A stretch of 64,000 nt of DNA from Streptacidiphilus sp. MAP12-33 (GTDB lineage Bacteria; Actinomycetota; Actinomycetes; Streptomycetales; Streptomycetaceae): contig NZ_JBGCCA010000031.1 of the NCBI RefSeq assembly GCF_041261265.1, positions 1-64,000 of the forward strand. The letters are read 5' to 3'. Each line of letters opens with the position of its first letter. Position 1 is the stretch's first letter. Position numbers and translations under genes: made by a program. Under the pieces are notes generated by a model. That model made no database searches and was not told where the DNA came from. It was given only the letters and a program-made list of their open reading frames with translations. Shown in pieces: positions 38,913 to 48,169 of this stretch.

Positions 38913-39499
38913 GGCAACCACTCGTCCAACAGCGGCACCGATCGCATGGCCTCTGACGAAACGGCATCGTGGATCAGCTCTGCGCTCGCCTGTGGGCTGG
39001 CCTGCTCCGTGTCGATGACGAGGGCCCACCCCGGTTCTCTGTGGTGCTCAAGGAGGTCAAGGCGAGTCTCATCCCACACCTCCAACCGCGCAGGCACGTC
39101 CTGATCCCCCCGACGCTCGCACCGACTCGCCGTCGCCGTTCGCGAGCACCACAGCAAGACCCTGACCCATCCGGCGGGATACTTCTCGACCGCCACGGCT
39201 CCGGCAATCTGTCCCATGTGCAGGATCGGGACGGTGCCGGCGTCGAACATCTCCGTCAGCCCTGCCCGATCGATCCCGTATCGGGCGCCATAACGCTCGT
39301 TGCTGTAGAGCAGCCCGCCGCTGGCGTCCAGCTCCGCCAGATGGTCGGCAGTGGTGAGCCGGTATCCCGTCGTTCTGCCCGGTCCCGCCTTGAGCCGCTG
39401 GAAGAGTCGATAGGCGCTGCTGAGCGAGGACAGTTCGGCGGTAACTGTGTCCTTCCCAGCCCCCGGAGGGCCGTAGAGAATGACGCCCTTGGGCTTCAC
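38909..39499 (-). CDS. P-loop kinase, guanylate-kinase / PhnN (ribose-1,5-bisphosphokinase)-like
   Basis: 'VILYGPPGAGKDTVTAEL' and 'YSNERYGARYGIDRAGLTEMFDAGTVPILHMG' parallel the recalled PhnN/GK pattern 'GPSGSGKDSLLAEL...[29 protein letters not shown]'. Confidence 0.55.
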   Translation of the reverse strand: MKPKGVILYGPPGAGKDTVTAELSSLSSAYRLFQRLKAGPGRTTGYRLTTADHLAELDASGGLLYSNERYGARYGIDRAGLTEMFDAGTVPILHMGQIAGAVAVEKYPAGWVRVLLWCSRTATASRCERRGDQDVPARLEVWDETRLDLLEHHREPGWALVIDTEQASPQASAELIHDAVSSEAMRSVPLLDEWLP

Positions 39500-40500
39500 A
39501 GTCCGCCTCCGCTCAACATGTCGCGTGCCTGGTCGGCAGCAGCGATGGCTGCCCCCAAGCGGTTGTCAACGATGAAGTGGGGCCCCTGCGGGCGTAGTTC
39601 GAGATTGAGTGACGCGAGGTACTCGTCCCACGCTTCCATCTTCCACACGTCGCGTGCAGCGCCTCGGAATTCGATGTACTCGCGCATCGAGTCGGGATCG
39701 CACTCGACCCAGATGCTGGCCACTGCCACGCGCTTGGACTTGCAGCGGTTGTAGAAACGCTGCATCCAGTCCGACTGGGAAAATTCAAGGATGAACGGGG
39801 CGTCCAGGATGGTGGAGATTCCGCAGTCAAGATTGTCCCACGCCGCCTCCATGAGGCACCGATATTCGAGCGGGCGCACTTTTTCCCTGTATAGATCGGA
39901 GCTGCGGTCGTTTGCCTCTCCACCGAGCGCCACCAATAGCTGGTCAACGAGAGGGCGAGTGAGCGAATCCTTGTCCAGGATCGGCCAACCGGTAAGACCA
40001 CCGAGGAACTTCGCATACTCCGACTTGCCGCTACCCGCGAAGCCCCCCACCAGTAGGACCGTGGGGCCGCTAGTCACGTCTCCGCTCGTACGCCTCTGCC
40101 AAGCATCAATAACCCGCTCACGTAGGGCCGACCCATCGACCCCATCTGATCCCTCTTGGATGCTGCCAAGCGCCTCGCGGATGATCTGCGACTGATCGGG
40201 AAGCACATCCGCCGTACGCATGGTCTGCACTGGGGCACCCTCTCCGGGGAGCGCGCGGCGGAAACCAAGCTCAGACTCACTCAGACGGTAAAGCAGGCTG
40301 TAAGCGCGTCGATAGTGCGGGCCGGGGAAAGATGTTCCCTTTTCGTGCGCCCATATCGTTTGGAAATTGGCGGCAACGTTCAGACTGTGCCGCTCACCAA
40401 TCTCGCGAAGCAGTTCCCCGGATTCCTCCAGGGTCAGCCCGTGCTTTTCGCGCGCCTTGCGCAACGTCTCCGGTGTCCAATCTGGATGCTGCCGCGACAT
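39496..40500 (-). CDS. HTH (XRE-like) domain fused to a P-loop NTPase/kinase (AAA_33 / zeta-toxin-like fold)
   Basis: An RBS 'aggagggg' precedes the ATG at 40500. It has an N-terminal 'TPETLRKAREKHGLTLEESGELL' and a Walker A 'LLVGGFAGSGKSEYAKFLG'. GC is about 55%. Confidence 0.55.
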   Translation of the reverse strand: MSRQHPDWTPETLRKAREKHGLTLEESGELLREIGERHSLNVAANFQTIWAHEKGTSFPGPHYRRAYSLLYRLSESELGFRRALPGEGAPVQTMRTADVLPDQSQIIREALGSIQEGSDGVDGSALRERVIDAWQRRTSGDVTSGPTVLLVGGFAGSGKSEYAKFLGGLTGWPILDKDSLTRPLVDQLLVALGGEANDRSSDLYREKVRPLEYRCLMEAAWDNLDCGISTILDAPFILEFSQSDWMQRFYNRCKSKRVAVASIWVECDPDSMREYIEFRGAARDVWKMEAWDEYLASLNLELRPQGPHFIVDNRLGAAIAAADQARDMLSGGGL

Positions 40501-40708
40501 TTCCCCTCCTAGGAAACAGCTCGCTGCGGCGAGTGTAGCCACTCGCCGCAGCGCTGAAAAGTCGTGATAAAGCTCGTGATACTAGACGTGTAAAAGCGGG
40601 CCCCGAAACCTGGATAAGGGACCGTGATACCGACTTTGCCGAATCGGGTGTGAAGTGGAGCACAGCCGAAGGAGGGCAGACAGATGCAGGAGTCAGGGCA
40701 CAAGACAG

Positions 40709-40750
40709 AGGGGTGGCGACGACATGTCGTTGTCGTCGCCACCCCTCTGC
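40709..40750. terminator. Perfect hairpin 'agaggggtggcgacgacatgtcgttgtcgtcgccacccctct' downstream of the GntR gene
   Basis: A 19-bp perfect inverted repeat. Confidence 0.6.
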
Positions 40751-40761
40751 CCCCAAGCGGA

Positions 40762-41112
40762 TCACCGGCCTTCAAGCTCCGCGACCCGCGCCCGGAGATC
40801 CTGCACCTCGGTGCGCAGGGCAGCCACTTCCCCCCGCAGTTGGTCGAGATCGGCCGGCGGCAGGGACTTGGCCGCAATGGCTGCGGCATCGGGAACCAGG
40901 AACGCCGCCTTCCCCTGATGGCTCTTCACGAGGCCAGCTTCACGAAGCTGAGCCACAGCAGAGCGAATCACGGTCACTGAGACGTCGTAGCGCTGCTCAA
41001 GCTGCGACAGCGAGGGAATTCGACCGGCGGCATCGAACTCGCCGGCCGCGATCCTCGCCCGAAGGTCTTCGGACACCTGCTGATAGGCGGGCTTTCCGGA
41101 CCAATCGACCAT
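40762..41112 (-). CDS. GntR-family regulator (HTH only plus a C-terminal coiled coil), Kor-like repressor of AICE-2
   Basis: 'MVDWSGKPAYQQVSEDLRARIAAGEFDAAGRIPSLSQLEQRYDVSVTVIRSAVAQLREAGLVKSHQGKAAF'. Confidence 0.7.
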   Translation of the reverse strand: MVDWSGKPAYQQVSEDLRARIAAGEFDAAGRIPSLSQLEQRYDVSVTVIRSAVAQLREAGLVKSHQGKAAFLVPDAAAIAAKSLPPADLDQLRGEVAALRTEVQDLRARVAELEGR

Positions 41113-41202
41113 CAAGGCTCCACATCTCGAATGCTTCTCTGCCCCATAGTGCCCCATCCGAGACGCGGAGGAACACACTCCGATTCTCGCTCGGCTAGGG
41201 GA

Positions 41203-41250
41203 CTTGCCAACTCTGTCTCTCTGCCCCACAGTAACTGTGAGACAGAGAGA
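41203..41250. promoter_or_regulatory. Long imperfect palindrome 'ctctgtctctctgccccacagtAactgtgagacagagagacagag' upstream of the GntR gene, a putative operator
   Basis: The 22-bp arms have 18/22 complementarity (a 3-nt bulge plus one mismatch, at ccc/c versus tc/c). Confidence 0.5.
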
Positions 41251-41447
41251 CAGAGTCTCGCCCGGAGGCCCCGTGAGACGGGCTGAAGGAAGCACTTGTT
41301 CCTTGAGAACTCAACAGTGGATGAGATTCTGGGGCGTCCCGCCTCCCCAACGCCGAGCCCATAGAGAGGGCTGCCGGCCAAGGCGGGCCGCGCGGCATCA
41401 AGGCCGCGCACGTAACCGGCCGCAGGACCCGCGAGGGTCTTGCCTCC

Positions 41448-41592
41448 GGTTCTACAGGTGCCGCCTTGCGCGGCGCCTCTCTTGCTTCGGACGACGGCGA
41501 CTGGTCTCCCGCCAAGGTTCACAGCCGCCCGCGTCCGCTTTCATCGCCCTGAGCGCAGGGCGGCTGGTCTCCCGCCAAGGTTCACAGCCGCC
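41448..41592. repeat. Iteron-like direct repeats: two exact 29-bp copies 'ctggtctcccgccaaggttcacagccgcc' plus a degenerate third
   Basis: Copies lie at about 41503 and about 41562, with a relative at about 41438. They sit upstream of the 41631 gene. Confidence 0.7.
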
Positions 41593-41630
41593 CCGCTCGG
41601 GCCTTCTACCGCTTCAAGGAGAGAAGACCC

Positions 41631-41918
41631 GTGAAGACCATGGTTGCAGGCCACGAGGCCACCTCCGCGGAGGACTTCGTGGCGCTCGCGCTCGGCATCG
41701 ACCGCGAGCTGTTCACCGGCACTCCCGACGAGACGCCGATGGACCGCGAGGCGCGCATGGACGTCGCCTCCGCGATCCTCGCCGAGCTCTACGAGAACGA
41801 CCGGGCCGCGTGGCGCTACGCCCGCGAGCTGCTGCGCACCGCGCCGGTCCCCCTGCGGCGCCGCCCGGCGCCCCGCCCCCGCACCCGTGCCCGCGTCGTT
41901 CGATCGGCGGTGGCGTGA
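41631..41918 (+). CDS. Hypothetical small protein (95 aa)
   Basis: An RBS 'aaggagag' precedes the GTG start. It is translationally coupled (TGATG) to the downstream wbl. Confidence 0.45.
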   Translation: MKTMVAGHEATSAEDFVALALGIDRELFTGTPDETPMDREARMDVASAILAELYENDRAAWRYARELLRTAPVPLRRRPAPRPRTRARVVRSAVA

Positions 41919-42727
41919 TGCCCAAGCGCCGCACGCACCTGCGCCTCGCGACGGTGGCCACCCCGGCCGCGCCGCAGCGTGGGACCTACATCACCTTGAG
42001 CGTCCCCGAGGACACGCGCCTGTCCGGCGCGGTGTGCCGCGAGGTCGCCCCTGACGTGTTCTTCCCCGAGCCCGACGACACCGAGGGCGCGGCGGAGGCC
42101 AAGCGGCTGTGCGCCGCCTGCGCGATCCGGCCGCTGTGCCTGGCGGGCGCGATCGAGCGCGACGAGCGCTACGGCATCTTCGGCGGGCTGAACACCGCCG
42201 AGCGCGACGCCCTGTCCGGCCGCCCCGGCTGCGGGACGCGCAGCGGCTACCGCCGTCACCTCATGGGCGGCGAGCCCGCCTGCGCCGCGTGCCGCGCGGC
42301 CAACACCGCCGCGAGCGCGGCCGACCGGGCCCAGCGCAACGCCAAGCGGCAGCCCTCGCCCGGCTGCGGCACCCGCACCGGCTACCAGCAGCACCGCGCC
42401 GCGGGCGAGCGCGTCTGCGCCGCCTGCCTGGTGGCGAACACCGAGTACGTCTGGGCCCAGACCGGGGCCCGGCGCGAGGACCGTACCCGCACCCAGGCCG
42501 CCCACCGTGAGGCCGCCCGGCAGCGCCGCGCGACCGAAACCGCACAGCAGGAGATGGGCCGGTGCTGCGGCACCCGCCACGGCTACCGCCTGCACCGCCT
42601 CGCGGGTGAGCCCGCCTGCGATGCCTGCCTGGAGGCGAACACCGCCTACAGCCGCGCCTACCGCAAGGCCCACCGCACCACCCCCGCCGCCGCGATCGGC
42701 GCCGACCGGATCGGAGAGGCCGCATGA
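41918..42727 (+). CDS. WhiB-like (Wbl) Fe-S transcription factor with three tandem C-terminal Cys-repeat modules
   Basis: The Wbl core is 'CREVAPDVFFPE...AKRLCAACAIRPLCLAGAIERDERYGIFGG'. It is followed by three repeats of 'CGTRxGYxxHxxxGExxCxACxxAN'. Confidence 0.7.
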   Translation: MPKRRTHLRLATVATPAAPQRGTYITLSVPEDTRLSGAVCREVAPDVFFPEPDDTEGAAEAKRLCAACAIRPLCLAGAIERDERYGIFGGLNTAERDALSGRPGCGTRSGYRRHLMGGEPACAACRAANTAASAADRAQRNAKRQPSPGCGTRTGYQQHRAAGERVCAACLVANTEYVWAQTGARREDRTRTQAAHREAARQRRATETAQQEMGRCCGTRHGYRLHRLAGEPACDACLEANTAYSRAYRKAHRTTPAAAIGADRIGEAA

Positions 42728-42927
42728 GGAACCGTCAGCCCTTCTACGGGCCGCAGCAGCAGACCTCCGGCGGGGACCGGCCGGTGGCCCAGCTCGCCGC
42801 CTGGGGCGCCGCCGCCGGGATGGTCTGGGAGTTCCACCACTACGGCATCCCGGCTCTCGCCGGCGCCGCGGGCGCGTACCTGGTGGTCCTGATCGTGCTC
42901 AAGGCGTGGCTCGGGGGTGCTCGATGA
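42724..42927 (+). CDS. Small membrane protein (67 aa)
   Basis: ATGA-coupled at both ends. It has the TM 'AYLVVLIVLKAWL'. Confidence 0.4.
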   Translation: MRNRQPFYGPQQQTSGGDRPVAQLAAWGAAAGMVWEFHHYGIPALAGAAGAYLVVLIVLKAWLGGAR

Positions 42928-44009
42928 GCCGCGCCCGCGCCGCCGGTTGGGGTCTGGCCGTGCCCGGCCTGCTGGCCCTGGCGATGTCTGCCACGACGTC
43001 GTACGCCTACCTCGGGCAGCGTCTCGGGATCACGTGGACCGTGGAGCGTGGGTTCCTGGCGGTCACCGGGGAGTCCGCGATCCTGGCCCTGTCGGTCTAC
43101 GCGTGGGCCACCCGCACGCGGGGACCGGCCCGCCTCGCGCTGGGCGCGGTGCTGATTCAGGCGCTCCCTGCCTACGCGCTGTCCGGCGGTACGGGCGGTA
43201 CGGTCCGGGTGATCCTCGGGCCGGTGCTGCTGGCCGTGGTGCTCCACCTGCTGCTCGGGCTGGAGGTCCGGGCCCGTGGCGAGCACGCGGCCGGCCTGCT
43301 CGGGCAGGCGCTGCGCGAGGCGCGCGAGCGCCTGACTGCCTGGCTGGGCATCGGCCGCCGCGGGAGCGACTCCGCGGCGATTGCCCGCAGCCGCGCCGCT
43401 GACCGCGCGGTGGCCCTCGCCGATGCCCTTGCGGGCGCCAACGAGGGCGGCTGGAAGGCCCGGAGGCTGTCCGCTCGGCTGGCCGCGGCGATCGACGCTG
43501 CCCAACACGGGCTGCCCGCGGATGAGGCGGCAGCCGCCGAACAGCACGTCGTGGCCCGCGTGGTGCGCCGCCGCTCGGTCAAGGGCTTGGCCCGTATCGA
43601 GCAGCAGCACACCTGGTCCCTCGCCGCCGCACCCCGCGTGGCGCCGGAGGAGCCCGAGCTGCCGGTGTACGTCACGCCCGACCCCGCGCCTCTCCTCCCC
43701 ACGCAGCCGTCTGTAGCGGCACCAGCCACCCGGCCGCGCCGTGCGACGGGGAAGGTCCCGAACGCGGCGCGCACCAACCCGCCGAAGCGCACGGACGCGG
43801 AGGTGCTGGACGAGGCCCGCGCGCTGACCGCGGACTGGCCGGACGAGAAGCTGACCGCGGCCGGCATCCGCAAGGCGGTGCACGTCGCCCAGGACCGGGC
43901 GCGCGAGCTGCGCGAGCAGCTCAAGGCGGAACGCGCCGCCCGCCCCTCTCTCCATTCCGTTCCGGCCCCCGACGAGACGGACGGCATCACGGACGAGGGC
44001 GCGGCCTGA
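42924..44009 (+). CDS. SpdB-like membrane protein (DUF2637-like)
   Basis: It has N-terminal TM helices similar in architecture to the 18509 gene. Confidence 0.55.
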   Translation: MSRARAAGWGLAVPGLLALAMSATTSYAYLGQRLGITWTVERGFLAVTGESAILALSVYAWATRTRGPARLALGAVLIQALPAYALSGGTGGTVRVILGPVLLAVVLHLLLGLEVRARGEHAAGLLGQALREARERLTAWLGIGRRGSDSAAIARSRAADRAVALADALAGANEGGWKARRLSARLAAAIDAAQHGLPADEAAAAEQHVVARVVRRRSVKGLARIEQQHTWSLAAAPRVAPEEPELPVYVTPDPAPLLPTQPSVAAPATRPRRATGKVPNAARTNPPKRTDAEVLDEARALTADWPDEKLTAAGIRKAVHVAQDRARELREQLKAERAARPSLHSVPAPDETDGITDEGAA

Positions 44010-44074
44010 CCGCCGTCCCACTCCGCACAGCAGGGCTTCCCTTTCCTGCTCTGCCTTCCAAGGAGGCATCTGCC

Positions 44075-44302
44075 ATGTCGTGGCACACGAACTCCCACCG
44101 CGACAACAGCCGCCCGGTCGTCCAGCACACCAGCGACGTGTCCGGCGACATCACCACCGTCGTGATCAGCGACAGCACCGGCCCGGTCGTCGCCGGAAGC
44201 GGCTCCGTCACCATCACCTGCGCCTCCGGCACCACCCTGCAGTTCAGCGGCGACGGCTTCACCTTCAGCGCCGGCGACGGCACGTCGAAGCGGGCCCAGT
44301 GA
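44075..44302 (+). CDS. Hypothetical small protein
   Basis: ORF. Confidence 0.35.
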   Translation: MSWHTNSHRDNSRPVVQHTSDVSGDITTVVISDSTGPVVAGSGSVTITCASGTTLQFSGDGFTFSAGDGTSKRAQ

Positions 44303-44667
44303 GGTTCTACGACCCCACCGGCCAACGCTTCGGTATCCCCACCTACCCGTTCCGCCTCGCCCCGGACGGCTACGCCACGCGCCGCCAACTGCGCGCGGAC
44401 GGGCTTCGTCCCGGAGGCCAAGAGGTCGCCGCACAGATCCTGTGGCGCTCGCGCAAGACCCGGGGCGGAGTGCGGGTCGCCTACCTGTACCGGCGCGACC
44501 TCGCCAAGCCCGTCCGGCCGATGACTCCGGGCAAGACCGCCGCCCTCGCCGCGGCGATGCTCGCCCGCCGGACCTGCCCCGTGTGCCGGCACGACGTCGG
44601 CTACGTGGTGCAGAGGTCCGTTGGGGCGTGCGTCCCGTGCCAGGACACCGCCGCGCTCGCGGCCTGA
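44299..44667 (+). CDS. Hypothetical protein with a C-terminal CxxC...CxxC
   Basis: It has a GTG start coupled to the previous stop, and contains 'CPVCRHD...CVPC'. Confidence 0.35.
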   Translation: MRFYDPTGQRFGIPTYPFRLAPDGYATRRQLRADGLRPGGQEVAAQILWRSRKTRGGVRVAYLYRRDLAKPVRPMTPGKTAALAAAMLARRTCPVCRHDVGYVVQRSVGACVPCQDTAALAA

Positions 44668-44714
44668 GGACCAGCGCAACCACCGCTGCCATCGCTTGAG
44701 TTGGAGAACCGACC

Positions 44715-44945
44715 TTGACCGGCAAGAACAACAGCAAGTCCGAGCCCGTGATGCGATTCCAGGGCCTGATGGGCGCCATCGTGACCGTGGGCGTCACCGA
44801 CACGGGCGAGTACGGCGTCTGGTACTGGCACTGCAACGGCTGCATCGACTCCCACGACGACACCAACATGGACCGCCTCCGCGACAGCGCGAACGAGCAC
44901 GCCGCCACCTGCCGCGCTCTGCCGCCCGAGCACGCCGCCGCGTAG
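44715..44945 (+). CDS. Hypothetical small protein
   Basis: ORF. Confidence 0.3.
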   Translation: MTGKNNSKSEPVMRFQGLMGAIVTVGVTDTGEYGVWYWHCNGCIDSHDDTNMDRLRDSANEHAATCRALPPEHAAA

Positions 44946-44990
44946 CGCCCGCACCGGTCCCCTTGCACAGACCGCTACCAGCCGGGGCGC

Positions 44991-47285
44991 GTGACGCCTG
45001 CCAGCAGAGACGCGCCCCGGCCGCCCTTCACCCATCGCTATGAGGAAGGTCCCTCAGTGAACCACGACCCGCTCAACGAGCCCGTGGAGCCCGACGACCT
45101 GCCGGTGTACCTGCCGACCGACACCAGCGGCGGCGAGGTGCTGCCGTTCCCCGACCGCTTCCCCAGGCCCCCGACCGACACCCCCACCACCGGGCCGACC
45201 GACACCCCGCCCCTCGCCCCGACCACGGCCCCGACCGCGCCGGCGGATGAGGACGACGAGGACGACGAGGAGTCGGCGCCCAAGCCCACCGTTCCGGCCG
45301 ACCCGCCGAACCTTGCCCCGCCGGGGATAACCGAGGTCAACCGGCGACCGATCGTGCCGGAGTGGATGCAGAACAAGCCCGACTTCCTCTCCGCGACCGG
45401 CCGGGCGCTTGGGCACTTCGGGTACGCGTTCGCGTTCCACGCGATCCGCTGCCCGTACTACACCCTCCGACTGCTCACCACCGCCCCGCGCGGGACGGTC
45501 CGGTTCATCTCTGCGACCAACCGTTGGGTGTGGGACAGCGAGGCGGCCCCGCTACGCGCCCACGCCGTCCTGACGGAGGACGCGGGCCAGTACATGACTC
45601 TCGTCCGCTCGCGTGACCGCAAGGTCCGACTCAGGGTCGCCCTCATGCTCGTGGCGTCCGTGTTCGGGACCGTGTTCGCCCTCACGACCTACGTCATGGC
45701 GCCGGCCGCCCTGTGGGCCCTGGCGAGCTCCGCGCTGATGGTGCTGGGGTGGCGCGGCCGACCCGAGGACAAGCCCATCATCGGCCCCGCGGTCATCAAG
45801 TCGGAGTTGGAGAAGCTCACCACCTCCATCGTGCTGCGGGCGCTGGGTGCGATCGGGAACGACCGGATCAACCGGGCGCTGCTCAAGGGCGGCGAGGGCG
45901 TCAAGTTCACCTCGGAGATCACCCGCGACGGGCCCGGCTACCGCGCGGACATCGACCTGCCCTACGGCGTGACGCCCGAGGACATCATGGAGAAGCGCAA
46001 GGCCCTGGCCTCGGGGCTTCGGCGCAAGCTCGGGTGCGTGTGGCCGGGCCCCAACCCGGACTCCCACGAGGGCGCGTTGATCCTGTGGGTGGGCGACAAG
46101 CCCATGAACGAGACGAAGAAGCCCGCGTGGCCGCTGCTCAAGGCCGGTGTGGTGGACCTGTTCAAGCCGGTCGTGTTCGGCAACGACCAGCGCATGCGCG
46201 AGGTCTGCGTGTCGCTGATGTTCGCCGCCGTGTGCGTCGGCTCCATCCCGCGCATGGGCAAGACGTTCCTGATGCGGCTTCTGCTGCTGATCTGCGCACT
46301 GGACCCGCGGGCGCAGATCTACGCGTTCGACTTCAAGGGCACCGGCGACTTCTCCCCGCTGGAGCCGGTCTGCCACGCCTACCGCGCCGGCGACGACGAG
46401 GACGACATCGCCTACGTCGTGGCCTGCCTCAAGGAACTGCGCGAGGAGATGCGGCGCCGCACCAAGGTGATCCGCTCCCTGCCCAAGAGCGTGTGCCCGG
46501 AGTCCAAGGTCACCCCGGAACTCGCCAACCGCAAGGAACTGGGGCTGCACCCGATCGGGGTGGCGCTGGACGAGTGCCAGATCGCGTTCGAGCACCCCAC
46601 CTACGGCGCGGAGATTGAGGCCATCTGCACCGACCTGACCAAGCGCGGGCCGGCGCTGGGCATCATCCCGATGTTCGGCACGCAGCGCCCCGACGCCAAG
46701 TCGCTGCCCACCGGCATCAGCTCGAACCTGGTGCTCAAGTTCTGCCTCAAGGTCCTCGGTCAGCCCGCCAACGACATGGTGCTGGGCACGTCGATGTACA
46801 AGGCGGGCATCCGCGCCACCATGTTCTCCCGCTCCGACAAGGGCATCGCGTGGATGGCCGGCGAGGGCGACGACCCGCAGATCGTCTGCTCCGCCTATGT
46901 GGACGCCCTTGCCGCCGAGCAGGTCGTGATCCGCGCCCACAAGATGCGCGAGCAGTACGGCAACATCACCGGCTACGCCGCCGGTGTGGAGCCGGAGACG
47001 CTCGTGGCGCCGACGTACGACCTGCTCTCCGACGTCCTCGCCGTTGTGCCGGTGGACGAGGAGAAGGTGTGGAACGAGAAGGTTGCCGGCCGCCTCGCCG
47101 AGCTGCGCCCGGAGGTCTACGGCGGCTGGAAGGGCGAGACGGTCACCACGAACCTCAAGCCGCACGGCGTGCCGGTGCAGGACGTCTGGGGCACCCCGAC
47201 CGGTGGCGGCAAGGGCACCACCCGCCGCGGCATCGCCCGAGCCGACGTCCTCAAGGCACACACGGAGCGTGACCGCAGCGCGTAG
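44991..47285 (+). CDS. FtsK/SpoIIIE-family conjugal DNA translocase (TraB-like)
   Basis: It has a Walker A 'GSIPRMGKTFLMR', a Walker B 'GVALDECQ' and N-terminal TM segments. A possible GTG start lies at 45057. Confidence 0.8.
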   Translation: MTPASRDAPRPPFTHRYEEGPSVNHDPLNEPVEPDDLPVYLPTDTSGGEVLPFPDRFPRPPTDTPTTGPTDTPPLAPTTAPTAPADEDDEDDEESAPKPTVPADPPNLAPPGITEVNRRPIVPEWMQNKPDFLSATGRALGHFGYAFAFHAIRCPYYTLRLLTTAPRGTVRFISATNRWVWDSEAAPLRAHAVLTEDAGQYMTLVRSRDRKVRLRVALMLVASVFGTVFALTTYVMAPAALWALASSALMVLGWRGRPEDKPIIGPAVIKSELEKLTTSIVLRALGAIGNDRINRALLKGGEGVKFTSEITRDGPGYRADIDLPYGVTPEDIMEKRKALASGLRRKLGCVWPGPNPDSHEGALILWVGDKPMNETKKPAWPLLKAGVVDLFKPVVFGNDQRMREVCVSLMFAAVCVGSIPRMGKTFLMRLLLLICALDPRAQIYAFDFKGTGDFSPLEPVCHAYRAGDDEDDIAYVVACLKELREEMRRRTKVIRSLPKSVCPESKVTPELANRKELGLHPIGVALDECQIAFEHPTYGAEIEAICTDLTKRGPALGIIPMFGTQRPDAKSLPTGISSNLVLKFCLKVLGQPANDMVLGTSMYKAGIRATMFSRSDKGIAWMAGEGDDPQIVCSAYVDALAAEQVVIRAHKMREQYGNITGYAAGVEPETLVAPTYDLLSDVLAVVPVDEEKVWNEKVAGRLAELRPEVYGGWKGETVTTNLKPHGVPVQDVWGTPTGGGKGTTRRGIARADVLKAHTERDRSA

Positions 47286-47443
47286 CGGACACCGCTCGCA
47301 CCGGTGCTAGACCTAGCGGCCCGCGCTGCTAGGTCTAGCACCCCTACTAGCACTTCATTTGGGCTCTGGCCAGGGACCTCGTAGCTAGCAGCCCACCTGC
47401 GAAAACACCCCGAACCCCGGTTTCGAGCCCCTGGGAGACCCCC

Positions 47444-47686
47444 GTGCTCACCGCTATAGCCTGCCTACTCATCGTTACGCTCGGTTACGGCATCGTGTGT
47501 GCGGCGCAGCCGTTCGGGCGCTGCCGCCGGTGCCGCGGCTTCGGCTTCCACTTCAAGACCGACCGCCGCGGCCGGATGCGCCGCGGCAAGGACTGTCGCC
47601 GCTGCAAGGCCACCGGCTACCGCATCCGCACCGGCCGCCACCTGTACAACCTCGCCCTGCGCCTCTACCGCGAGGGCACCCGATGA
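47444..47686 (+). CDS. Small Cys/Arg-rich membrane protein
   Basis: ORF with 'CRRCRGFGFHF...CRRCKATGY'. Confidence 0.4.
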   Translation: MLTAIACLLIVTLGYGIVCAAQPFGRCRRCRGFGFHFKTDRRGRMRRGKDCRRCKATGYRIRTGRHLYNLALRLYREGTR

Positions 47687-47937
47687 CCGTCCGGGCCGCC
47701 CGCGCCGCAACGCTCGCCCTCACCGCCGCGCTGGCCGGCGCGTGCGCCGCGCCAGAAGCCGACGTCTCCGGGACCGTCATCGACCGCTACCCGTGGCACA
47801 ACCCCGCCACCCACAGCGAAGAACTGCGGCTCACGATCCGCCTCGCCGACGGCAGCACCATGTCGTTCCGGGTCTACGACCCCACCTACGGCAAGTGCTT
47901 CCGCGGCTCCCACTACCCCGCCTGCAAGAACCGCTGA
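47683..47937 (+). CDS. Small putative lipoprotein
   Basis: ATGA-coupled. Contains 'LAGACAAPEAD'. Confidence 0.4.
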   Translation: MTVRAARAATLALTAALAGACAAPEADVSGTVIDRYPWHNPATHSEELRLTIRLADGSTMSFRVYDPTYGKCFRGSHYPACKNR

Positions 47938-47954
47938 GCGACAGGAGAGCCATC

Positions 47955-48149
47955 GTGTTCGTCACCATCTCGCTCGTCGTCCTGTTCGGCGCCGCCGCCC
48001 TGTTCATGATCCGCAACCGGGCGCTGGCGATCAGCGGCGGGCTCGTCGCCGCCCTCTTCGGCTTCTACCTCGCCCGCACCGGCGCCGCCCCGACCATCGG
48101 CCACGCCGTGACCGCGGTCATCCACTACCTCAACAACGTCGCCCACTAG
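47955..48149 (+). CDS. Small membrane protein
   Basis: An RBS 'acaggagag' precedes the GTG start. It has two TM segments. Confidence 0.4.
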   Translation: MFVTISLVVLFGAAALFMIRNRALAISGGLVAALFGFYLARTGAAPTIGHAVTAVIHYLNNVAH

Positions 48150-48169
48150 CCCCGGAAGGAACCCCCGCC

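Noticed and set aside
41204-42727. A single 507-aa ORF spanning the palindrome to the wbl end
   Set aside because: It is a composite. The 5' 700 nt translate regulatory DNA. The real genes are 41631-41918 and 41918-42727, with RBS and coupled starts.
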